In this document: piece by piece, positions 18,512-26,668 of the stretch
Numbering within the stretch: the stretch's first letter is position 1
Layout: each line of letters starts with the position of its first letter
Assembly (NCBI GenBank): GCA_963667005.1
Contig: OY762937.1
Span: 1,689,279 to 1,753,278 of the forward strand
Direction of reading: 5' to 3'
Source of the DNA: Ignavibacteriaceae bacterium
GTDB taxonomy: Bacteria > Bacteroidota > Ignavibacteria > Ignavibacteriales > Ignavibacteriaceae
Length of the DNA: 64,000 bases
Translations under genes and position numbers: made by a program
Notes under the pieces: generated by a model
The model's database searches: none
What the model was told of the DNA's origin: nothing
The model's input: only the letters and a program-made list of their open reading frames with translations

Positions 18512-19834
18512 ATGAAAATTTTGATTACTTTTCTCTTCGTCATGGTAAGTGCAATTGCATTTGCAGCCCCAAATGATTCAACATTCGCAACAGAAAACTC
18601 TCCGATTGGATTTGCTTCTGTAAATGCCATGGGCGTTAATGGTACAACGGGTGGCGCAGGCGGCGATACGATTTATTTTACCAACGGGACAGACTTGTAC
18701 AATTTTCTGGATGACCGGAAGGATCCGAATTTTAATTTGAATATGCCTCCGAAAGTCTGTGTTATTGTCGGAACTCTGACTTCAACAAAAAAGCAGCTCG
18801 AGATTAAACAGACATATAATCTAACTTTCATCGGCAAAGGAACTGACGCCGCATTTGAAGGAACCGGACTGTTTGTAAAGCAAAGTTACAATATTATTAT
18901 TAGAAATATTCAGTTCAGAAATGCTCCTATTGACGGTGTAGCCATTCAATATCCTGAAGCACATCACGTATGGATTGATCATTGTTCGTTCACCGATTCA
19001 CCTGATATTGATACTGCCGATGCGCGGCATGACGGTGCATTGGATATTACTCACGGCTCGAGTTATGTAACAGTCTCATGGTGCTATTTTACCAATCACA
19101 CGAAAACCTGCTTACTGGGCCATTCTGATAGCAATGACGCTGAAGATCTTGATAAACTAAAAACCACTTATCATCACAACTGGTTTGATAACACCTCACA
19201 ACGCCATCCCAGAGTTCGTTATGCGGATTGCCATGTATACAATAACTACTATACAACAAAGGGCAGGATGTTGTATGGTGTCGCTTCCACTGCAAAAGCA
19301 AAGGTATTGCTTGAAGGGAATTACTTCGATGGCTTGAGTTTTCCTGCATATGTGGGATATGCTGAATCGCCAGCCGGTGATCTGCTTGAAAGAAATAATA
19401 TCTATAATAATAGCGGGATTCCGCAGAGTACCGGTATTGCATTTGAGCCAACTGCGTACTACCAATACAAGCTTACAGATCCGGCAGCCGTGCCATCCGT
19501 AGTTATGAACAATGCCGGAAGCGGCAAGTTGATTTCCGGTGTTGAAAAATCCGCCACTGTCCTAAAACCTGCTTCTTGTTCGCTTGAACAGAATTATCCG
19601 AATCCGTTTAACCCAACCACAAGAATAAACTATACGACTATTAAAACGGGTTTGGTGAAACTATCTATATATAATATGCTCGGGCAGGAGATCGCGGTTT
19701 TAGTCAATAAGATGCAGCCGCAAGGCGAATATTCGGTAGATTTCAATGCTTCAGGACTTCCCAGCGGCATGTATATATATAGATTAGCGATAGGTAATTT
19801 CTTTGAAACACGAAAAATGCTTTTGGTAAAATAA
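18512..19834 (+). CDS. Pectate lyase, family PL1, with T9SS C-terminal domain
   Basis: 440 aa with a signal peptide. Canonical PL1 blocks are present: HHVWIDHCSF, DGALDITHGSSYVTVSWCYF, LLGHSDSN, TYHHNWFDNTSQRHPRVRYADCHVYNNYY. The tail is EQNYPNPFNPTTRINY...GMYIYRL...RKMLLVK. Confidence 0.9.
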   Translation: MKILITFLFVMVSAIAFAAPNDSTFATENSPIGFASVNAMGVNGTTGGAGGDTIYFTNGTDLYNFLDDRKDPNFNLNMPPKVCVIVGTLTSTKKQLEIKQTYNLTFIGKGTDAAFEGTGLFVKQSYNIIIRNIQFRNAPIDGVAIQYPEAHHVWIDHCSFTDSPDIDTADARHDGALDITHGSSYVTVSWCYFTNHTKTCLLGHSDSNDAEDLDKLKTTYHHNWFDNTSQRHPRVRYADCHVYNNYYTTKGRMLYGVASTAKAKVLLEGNYFDGLSFPAYVGYAESPAGDLLERNNIYNNSGIPQSTGIAFEPTAYYQYKLTDPAAVPSVVMNNAGSGKLISGVEKSATVLKPASCSLEQNYPNPFNPTTRINYTTIKTGLVKLSIYNMLGQEIAVLVNKMQPQGEYSVDFNASGLPSGMYIYRLAIGNFFETRKMLLVK

Positions 19835-19871
19835 TCTTCGGCAACACGCAGGTGACTTTTTAGAATGTCTT

Positions 19872-19924
19872 AGAAAATGAGGTTCCATCAGCAGCATTCC
19901 TCATTTTCTTTTGTTACTGCCTGG
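19872..19924 (+). terminator. Rho-independent terminator
   Basis: Stem AGAAAATGAGG...CCTCATTTTCT followed by a T-rich run (TTTGTT), 38 nt after the stop. Confidence 0.65.
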
Positions 19925-20033
19925 TCAGGATTCAATCAATAAGCAGTAAGATTAATAATCTTTAATAATTCGATAAAAAAAGTAAAATTCTCCTTGACTC
20001 TTATGTAATTTATAAAGAATTTTTCATGGAAGT

Positions 20034-20055
20034 TAATCGTTTACTTAAACGGTTA
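20034..20055. promoter_or_regulatory. Candidate operator: TAATCGTTTA-ct-TAAACGGTTA
   Basis: 10-2-10 inverted repeat with one mismatch, 158 nt upstream of the ATG at 20213. It contains CTTAAACGGTTA (20044-20055), identical to the minus-strand core of the 18424-18447 site. Confidence 0.3.
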
Positions 20056-20212
20056 TCTTTTTCCTCTTAAAACCGATATGAAGTAATTTATAAGCAGTGT
20101 TCTGAATAGGTGATTTTTTCCATACCGGCACGAGAGTTTTCTGCAGCTTAGACTTGAACTTGAATTTTAGACTATATAATTACTTATAATAATTCAACAC
20201 GAAGGATGAGAT

Positions 20213-23200
20213 ATGAGAAAATGGTTCACTTTGGTTGCTGTTATTTGTGCTTTTACACTTACAGGAAGTGTTTACGCACAGTTCACAGCTACCTGGCCTC
20301 TTGATGCAAGTGCAGCAAAAGTGCCGACAGTTACTGGTGCACAGTCAACTACAGTTGCCGCACTACAAATGGTTCCCGGAACAAATTTTGCCAGCGGAAC
20401 CCACAATTCAGATGGTTTCCAATGTGCTTACACAACAACCTGGCCTACGACTCCAACCGACGGCCTTAATTTGGACTTTCCACTTTCACCTGATGCAAGT
20501 AGCCACATGACCATTACCGGTTTGACCATGACGGTAAAGATCTCCGGCAGCAGCAACAGCCAAGCTTTGTCGTTGGCTTATCAGGTTGACGGTGCGGGAG
20601 CTTGGACAACAATTGGAAGTGCACAATCCGTTCCGAGCGGTGGAACTTCAAATGTAACGTTCGGATCGCTTTCGCAATATTTTTCTAATGGGCATAGCTA
20701 TGTAGTCCGTTTGTACGTTTATGCAGGTGCCGCATCAATATCTGCAAGCAGAAAAGTATATATAAAGAACGTTGCGTTTACCGGAACAACAACGAATGCC
20801 AATGTTCCTTCAATATTTTTGTCAACTCTTTCTTTGCCGTCATTTGGAACACTAGTTGCCGGTTCAACATCCAGTTCCCAATCTTACACGGTAAGCGGCT
20901 CAAGACTTACAGACAATGTTGTAGTTACTGCACAAACACCGTTTCAGGTAAGTTTGGATAATACAACCTTTACGAGCAGTGTCACTTTAGCCAGAACCGA
21001 TACAACCAACCTTGCATCTACCACAGTATACGTGAGATTCAGCCCGGCAACAGCGGGTGGAAATCTCTCCGGTTCTATTACACATACTAGCGCGGGAGCC
21101 GGTACAAAAACCTTGGCGGTATCCGGTACTGCAATATCAGTTGAGCCGACTTTACAATCATCTCTGACCGTCGGCACCATTACCGGTACATCAGTTCAAC
21201 TTATCATCACTCCCGGTGACGGTAAAAACAGAATAATAACCGCGTGTGAAAACGCTGTTCCGACCTGGACACCGACCGATGGAAAAAGCTTGACCGGAGT
21301 TGATTCAAATTTCTCAGCCGCTACCAACCAAGGTTCGGCAACAAGAGTTGTATTCAACTTACCGGATTCTGTTTCAAGAAGCGTAACGGTTACCGGATTA
21401 CAGGTTGCTACTAAATATAATTTTGCAGTTTTTGAATATAATGGCAATAGCGGAACTGAAAATTATCTGCTTGCTTCACCGGGCTTTGCAGCTGCAACAA
21501 CATTAACCGTTCCGGGATTAAGCGTATCAACCGCTGCACTCTCATTCGGTAATGTTGTAATCGGTTCTGCTCCTGTTGAAAAATCTCTCACCGTTTCAGG
21601 TAAATTCCTTGAACCGGCTGATGGCTCTATCAATCTTACTTCAACTGGCAACTTCCAGATATCCACAACTTCGGGCAGCGGATTCAGCCAGTCATTAAGT
21701 ATTCCATACACCGGGGCAACGCTTACTACCATCCCTGTGTACGTTCAGTTCACGGTTGATTCAATAAAAAATTATTACGGTGCAATAACAGTCAGTGGCG
21801 GAAACGCGACAAATGTTTCTGTCAGCCTGAGTGGTTTTGGACGAGACAGTGCCTCAGTTATAGGAAAAGCAATTTATGTCGCTACCGATGGTAATGATGT
21901 TACCGGAACGGGTTCAATTGACAAACCGTATAAGAGTATTCAGGGTGCAGTTCTGAAACTTCAGGCCGGCATGACGCTAGTTCTTCGTGGAGGAACGTAT
22001 GTTAAAGATTCTATCATTGTCAGAGATAAGACTCTTTCAGACGTAACGATCAGAAGCTATCCTGGCGAAAGAGCCGTTATTGATGCTTCAACGAATGGTA
22101 CGGCAGGTATAGACGTTATAGTCTTTTACGGTAATAACAGCAAATTCTACGGCATTGATGTGAATACAGCACCGCATAACGGTATGTGGTTGCTCGGTAA
22201 CAATAATATTGTCGAATTCTGTCGTTTCTATAATTGCGGTGACTCCGGTTTCAAACTTGGCGCTCACCTTGAATCTATTTTCCCGGCAAATAATCAGATT
22301 ATCAACTGTGATGCATTCTGGAATTACGATACCAGAGGCAATGGCGGCAACGCGGATGGTTTTGCGGCTAAATGGAACATCGGAAGTGGTAACAGATTTG
22401 CGCACTGCCGCTCATGGGAAAACTCTGATGACGGATGGGATTTATGGCAGGCAGATAGTACTGTAGTTATGGATAGTTGCTGGTGCTGGCGTAACGGAAA
22501 TTATCATATTAAAAGTGCAGCAGGAAACGGTAACGGATTTAAGATCGGTGGTAAACCGGTTTGTGTACCTCATATCATGAGAAATTGCATTTCTTTTGAT
22601 AACGTTGGTTCCTCAGGCGGTAAAGGATTCGATCAGAATTCTAACTTAGCCGGACATACTATGTTGAACTGCCTGTCATGGGGCAACTCATATCTGGATT
22701 ATAACTTCTATGTCGCTTCCACAAATGGAACGTTGACATGTAAGAACTCTATTCAATATAAAGGAAAAACTTCCCCATACGTAAAATTTGTTGATGGCGT
22801 AGTTCAAAACAACTCATGGGCTGCTTTGAAATTCCAGTCCGGTTATACTTGGGCAGGTGTTACTGTTACCGATGCTGATTTTGTCAGCGTTGATACTTCG
22901 CTTGCCGGAAAACCGCGCAACGAAGATGGTTCAATACCTGTAACTGATTTATATCGCTTAAAAGCAACAAGTGCACTTATTGACAAAGGACAGGATGTTG
23001 GAATTCCGTTCTATGGCAGCGTTCCTGATATCGGACCGTTCGAATATGGATTAGTAAGTGCTGTAAAAGAGTATGAACCGATTGTCGGACCACGCTCATT
23101 CAAAGTTGAACAAAACTATCCCAACCCGTTCAACCCTTCAACGGTTATCAGCTATCAGATACCGAACAGTAGTTATGTAACTTTGAAAGTTTACAACATA

Positions 23201-23356
23201 CTCGGAAAAGAAGTAGCTACTTTGGTTAACGAAGAGAAAGCTTCCGGAATGTACCATGTAACATTTGATGCTTCGCATTTGCCGAGCGGTCTGTACATTT
23301 ACAGTGTTACAGCAGGTAAGTTCAGCCAGGTCAAAAAAATGATGTTAATCAAGTAA
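20213..23356 (+). CDS. Multidomain PL9-like (Pel9A-type beta-helix) pectate lyase, T9SS cargo [gene A]
   Basis: 1047 aa. Domain order:
- signal peptide
- unassigned ~170-aa N-terminal domain (FTATWPL...RKVYIKNVAFTG)
- Ig-like module (SLPSFGTLVAGSTSSSQSYTVSG...)
- Fn3-like module
- second Ig-like module
- beta-helix with N-cap YVATDGNDVTGTGSIDKPYKSIQGAV...RGGTY and motifs NADGFAAK-x-SDDGWDLW-x-GNGFKIGG
- T9SS tail. Confidence 0.8.
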   Translation: MRKWFTLVAVICAFTLTGSVYAQFTATWPLDASAAKVPTVTGAQSTTVAALQMVPGTNFASGTHNSDGFQCAYTTTWPTTPTDGLNLDFPLSPDASSHMTITGLTMTVKISGSSNSQALSLAYQVDGAGAWTTIGSAQSVPSGGTSNVTFGSLSQYFSNGHSYVVRLYVYAGAASISASRKVYIKNVAFTGTTTNANVPSIFLSTLSLPSFGTLVAGSTSSSQSYTVSGSRLTDNVVVTAQTPFQVSLDNTTFTSSVTLARTDTTNLASTTVYVRFSPATAGGNLSGSITHTSAGAGTKTLAVSGTAISVEPTLQSSLTVGTITGTSVQLIITPGDGKNRIITACENAVPTWTPTDGKSLTGVDSNFSAATNQGSATRVVFNLPDSVSRSVTVTGLQVATKYNFAVFEYNGNSGTENYLLASPGFAAATTLTVPGLSVSTAALSFGNVVIGSAPVEKSLTVSGKFLEPADGSINLTSTGNFQISTTSGSGFSQSLSIPYTGATLTTIPVYVQFTVDSIKNYYGAITVSGGNATNVSVSLSGFGRDSASVIGKAIYVATDGNDVTGTGSIDKPYKSIQGAVLKLQAGMTLVLRGGTYVKDSIIVRDKTLSDVTIRSYPGERAVIDASTNGTAGIDVIVFYGNNSKFYGIDVNTAPHNGMWLLGNNNIVEFCRFYNCGDSGFKLGAHLESIFPANNQIINCDAFWNYDTRGNGGNADGFAAKWNIGSGNRFAHCRSWENSDDGWDLWQADSTVVMDSCWCWRNGNYHIKSAAGNGNGFKIGGKPVCVPHIMRNCISFDNVGSSGGKGFDQNSNLAGHTMLNCLSWGNSYLDYNFYVASTNGTLTCKNSIQYKGKTSPYVKFVDGVVQNNSWAALKFQSGYTWAGVTVTDADFVSVDTSLAGKPRNEDGSIPVTDLYRLKATSALIDKGQDVGIPFYGSVPDIGPFEYGLVSAVKEYEPIVGPRSFKVEQNYPNPFNPSTVISYQIPNSSYVTLKVYNILGKEVATLVNEEKASGMYHVTFDASHLPSGLYIYSVTAGKFSQVKKMMLIK

Positions 23357-23377
23357 TACACATCGTGAAAATTAATA

Positions 23378-23412
23378 ATCCCCCGTGCGAGACGATCAAT
23401 CGGGGGGTTTTT
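23378..23412 (+). terminator. Rho-independent terminator
   Basis: CCCCCG...CGGGGG stem followed by TTTTT, 22 nt after the stop. Confidence 0.7.
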
Positions 23413-23518
23413 ATATTGAGAACAAATTCGATAGGATATGCCATAGACACTGATTGATACTGCTTCAACTTGATATTCGATCATCTGCCTTCAATCATAT
23501 CTGTAGCTTTAAATTTCA

Positions 23519-26500
23519 TTGGAGAAAAACGTGAACAAACTGAAATTATTATGCCTTGTTCTGATTCAGTTAATGCTATTCGGGTCTGCCGCACAGGCTC
23601 AATTAGTTGAGGGATTTGAAACAGGGATGCCTACAAGTGCACCTTCAACATTAACAAGCTATACATTAGGCTCGGGTACCTGGTCAATGTATAAATGCAG
23701 TCAGTCGGGTACTAAACACGCGGGTAGTTACGGATGCGCACTTGCTTCCAGTTCAACCGATGCTTCGTACATAATCTCACCGGCTCTCAATACGGTCGGT
23801 ACGATTACATATTGGGCAAAGTCGGGAAGTTCGTCAATTATTACCGTTTATATATCAATAAACGGGGGAGCCTGGACAACTGCGGGGTCATCTTCAACAA
23901 CATCTTCATTTGCATCAAACACAATCACACTTAATGAAACGAGCAACAGTGTACGGGTGAAATTCCAGAACGGACAAGGTACGTCAATGTATCTGGATGA
24001 TGTTACTATTACTCAGGTTACTGCCCCATATGTACGTATTTCTGCTACCAGCCTTCCATCCTTCGGTATGCTGGTTATGGGAAATTCCTCTTCATCATCC
24101 TCATACACAGTAGATGGAGCCAATTTAACAAGCAATTTATATGTTAATGCCCCAAACGGATTTCAGGTAAGTACCGATAATACTAATTTCTATTCTTCAC
24201 TTTCTTTGGCTCCGGCCAGTGGTGTTGTTGCAAGTACGACTATATACGCCCGCTTCTCACCGATAGCGGCGACAGGCGTAACTGCCGGTGCCATCACGAA
24301 TAAAAGTACAGGCGCTACGACGGTTGAGGTGAATGTTGACGGAAAAGCCATTGGCACAGAACCGGCTAAACAATCATCAATCGCAGTAAGTGAAGTAAGC
24401 GGCAATTCGCTTAAGCTAACACTATCGGGTGGTGATGGCGGTAACAGAATTATCATTGCCCGGGCGGGCAGTGCAGTCAACTGGACACCCGCAGATGGTA
24501 CTGACGGCACGGGTATCAATGCATCATTTGCAGCTGCAACTGATCAAGGCAACGGAAATAAAATAGTTTATTCCGGAACTTCTACGTCTGTAACCGTTAG
24601 TGGATTGACGGTAAACAGTCTTTATCATTTCGCGTCGTATGAGTATAACGGTGATGTGTCAAGTTCAGAGAATTACTTGCTTGCAAATCCGGGTCTGGCT
24701 AACGCCACAACACTTACTGTTCCGGGACTTTCAATTTCACCGGTCAGCATCGGATTCGGCAATGTGCTAAAAGATTCACTGTCGAAAGTTAAGTCATTTA
24801 CCATTTCCGGATTGTATCTAAATCCAGCATCCGGGAACATTAATGTTGCTGCAAACGGCGATTTTGAAGTATCCGCTTCCAGCAATGGAGTTTTTAGTAA
24901 GTCTGTTGATGTAGCCTATACATCTTCTGCTTTAACTGCAACCACTTTATATGCCCGTTTCCGGCCGTCTACCGTTGCCGATAATATTACCGGTACTTTA
25001 GTAGTCACTGGTGGGGGAGCTCCGGCTGATACAATAACCGTATACGGTTCAGGCAAGGATTTCTCGAGCTTTATAACCCGCGGTATTTTTTGCGCACCGG
25101 ACGGTAATGATGTAACTGCTGCAGGCACATACGATGATCCATTTTATTCATTGCACAAAGCAGTTGCAAAAGCTGTCCCGGGTGATACCATCTGGATGCA
25201 TGGCGGAACGTATTATTATAATTCTACGGTTATGCTGACAACAGCAGCCACAGCAGCTAAGCCGATTTCAATCATCGCGTATCCGGATGAGAAGCCGGTG
25301 ATGGATTGGTCAAACTGGAAACCGACAACAGAAGCAGTCCGTGGATCTGCACGTGGTATTAAAGTGGATAAATCGGCAAAATATTGGACGCTGAAAAAAC
25401 TTGAGATCTGTTACGCGCCTGATAACGGAGTAAAATGCGAAGGTTCGCATACGACATTTGACCAGTGCATTTTCCATCATAACGGCGATGGCGGTTTGCA
25501 GATTGGATTGGGCAAAGATTCATTATCGGCTAATCCGGATCCGGAAAATTATGCTTCCTACACACGCGTTCTCAACTGCGACGCTTTCGGTAATGCCGAT
25601 CCCGCAACTGATTATGAAAACGCTGATGGATTCTCCTGCAAACTGTACGCAGGCTATGATAATTATTTCTACGGCTGCCGCGCCTGGGGAAATTGCGATG
25701 ATGGCTGGGATTGTTATCAAACGAATTATCAGATAACAATTGAAAATTGCTGGGCTTTCCATAATGGAGATCCTTCGCAATGGGGATTCACTTCTTTTAA
25801 CGGTGATGGTAATGGTTTTAAACTCGGCGGCAACGGTGCACCGTGTCCTATTACTATTAAGAATTGTGTTGCCTTTAATTGCATCTATGGTGCAGTGTGC
25901 TGCTATAACGATAACAATAACGGTAGCGCTGTGACTGTTCTTAATTGCACAGGCTGGGATGGCGGAAAGATATTCAAGTTTCAATCCGAGCCGCACATCT
26001 TGAAAAACTGTGTGGGTTTTGATCCAAAATCAGGTGCGAAATTTGTAACTGATTTTTCCAGCACAGTAGTGTCTGTTAACAACTCATGGGATTTAGCAAT
26101 TGCCGCAGACTACAGCGACTTTATCAGCACCAGTGAGACTGATGCTCTTGCCCCTCGACAAGCAGACGGAAGTTTGCCCAATAACGGATTCGCAAGATTA
26201 AAACCAGGCAGTGCTCTTATCGACAAAGGTGTTGATGTGGGTATCGCATACTTTGGTTCTGCTCCTGATTTGGGCGCTTATGAATTTAATCCAACTGCGG
26301 TTAAAGATGGTAAAACACTCAAACCCGAGACTGTTTCACTAAGCCAGAATTATCCGAACCCGTTTAATCCGTCAACCGTTATCAAATATCAGGTTCCGGT
26401 TACGGGGAATGTCGTACTTAAAGTATATGACATGCTTGGTAAGGAGGTTGCTACACTTGTAAATGATGTAAAATCTGCGGGTGAGTATGAATACCGATTT

Positions 26501-26590
26501 AATGCGGCAAACCTCGCAAGTGGTTTGTACATCTATACTCTTAAATCAGGCAATACTATTCAAACAAAAAAAATGATGCTTCTTAAGTAA
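23519..26590 (+). CDS. Multidomain PL9-like pectate lyase, T9SS cargo [gene B]
   Basis: The track ORF starts at TTG 23519. The in-frame GTG at 23531, 6 nt after GGAG, is the more likely start. The N-terminal domain differs from gene A and looks choice-of-anchor-J/MAM-like (LVEGFETGMPTS...MYLDDVTITQV). It is followed by Ig-Fn3-Ig modules, a beta-helix (ENADGFSCKLYAG...CDDGWDCYQT...GDGNGFKLGG) and the T9SS tail. Confidence 0.8.
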   Translation: MEKNVNKLKLLCLVLIQLMLFGSAAQAQLVEGFETGMPTSAPSTLTSYTLGSGTWSMYKCSQSGTKHAGSYGCALASSSTDASYIISPALNTVGTITYWAKSGSSSIITVYISINGGAWTTAGSSSTTSSFASNTITLNETSNSVRVKFQNGQGTSMYLDDVTITQVTAPYVRISATSLPSFGMLVMGNSSSSSSYTVDGANLTSNLYVNAPNGFQVSTDNTNFYSSLSLAPASGVVASTTIYARFSPIAATGVTAGAITNKSTGATTVEVNVDGKAIGTEPAKQSSIAVSEVSGNSLKLTLSGGDGGNRIIIARAGSAVNWTPADGTDGTGINASFAAATDQGNGNKIVYSGTSTSVTVSGLTVNSLYHFASYEYNGDVSSSENYLLANPGLANATTLTVPGLSISPVSIGFGNVLKDSLSKVKSFTISGLYLNPASGNINVAANGDFEVSASSNGVFSKSVDVAYTSSALTATTLYARFRPSTVADNITGTLVVTGGGAPADTITVYGSGKDFSSFITRGIFCAPDGNDVTAAGTYDDPFYSLHKAVAKAVPGDTIWMHGGTYYYNSTVMLTTAATAAKPISIIAYPDEKPVMDWSNWKPTTEAVRGSARGIKVDKSAKYWTLKKLEICYAPDNGVKCEGSHTTFDQCIFHHNGDGGLQIGLGKDSLSANPDPENYASYTRVLNCDAFGNADPATDYENADGFSCKLYAGYDNYFYGCRAWGNCDDGWDCYQTNYQITIENCWAFHNGDPSQWGFTSFNGDGNGFKLGGNGAPCPITIKNCVAFNCIYGAVCCYNDNNNGSAVTVLNCTGWDGGKIFKFQSEPHILKNCVGFDPKSGAKFVTDFSSTVVSVNNSWDLAIAADYSDFISTSETDALAPRQADGSLPNNGFARLKPGSALIDKGVDVGIAYFGSAPDLGAYEFNPTAVKDGKTLKPETVSLSQNYPNPFNPSTVIKYQVPVTGNVVLKVYDMLGKEVATLVNDVKSAGEYEYRFNAANLASGLYIYTLKSGNTIQTKKMMLLK

Positions 26591-26611
26591 GCAAAATGAA
26601 ATTATATGCAG

Positions 26612-26646
26612 CCGGAGATCGTTCGTCAAGCGTTCTCCGGTTTGCT
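26612..26646 (+). terminator. Probable terminator hairpin
   Basis: CCGGAGA...TCTCCGG stem followed by TTTGCT. It lies inside the first 21 codons of the track ORF 26606, which argues for the later start. Confidence 0.5.
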
Positions 26647-26668
26647 AAATTCAAGTAAGGAACTCAAG

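Noticed and set aside
20154-20190. Sigma-70-like promoter for gene A: TTGAAC (20154-20159) with TATAAT (20175-20180), or TTGAAT (20160-20165) with TATAAT (20185-20190).
   Set aside because: The spacings are 15 and 19 nt, both off the 16-18 optimum. The region is generally AT-rich, and FCB-group promoters may follow a different consensus. This is too ambiguous to annotate.
25523-25996. Long antisense ORFs inside the lyase genes: 157 aa at 25523..25996, 150 aa at 34010..34462, 109 aa at 24190..24519, and others at 21463..21732, 28985..29218 and 29203..29457.
   Set aside because: They lie opposite plus-strand ORFs that have clear signal peptides, catalytic motifs and T9SS tails. Their translations are low-complexity (I/A/V/S-rich) with no recognisable domain, RBS or independent conservation between paralogs beyond what the sense strand imposes. 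They are shadow ORFs.
26606-26668. 21-codon N-terminal extension of gene C in the ORF track (MQPEIVRQAFSGLLNSSKELK...).
   Set aside because: The extension overlaps the terminator hairpin of gene B (26612-26646) and precedes a textbook signal peptide that starts at ATG 26669. The shorter start was adopted.
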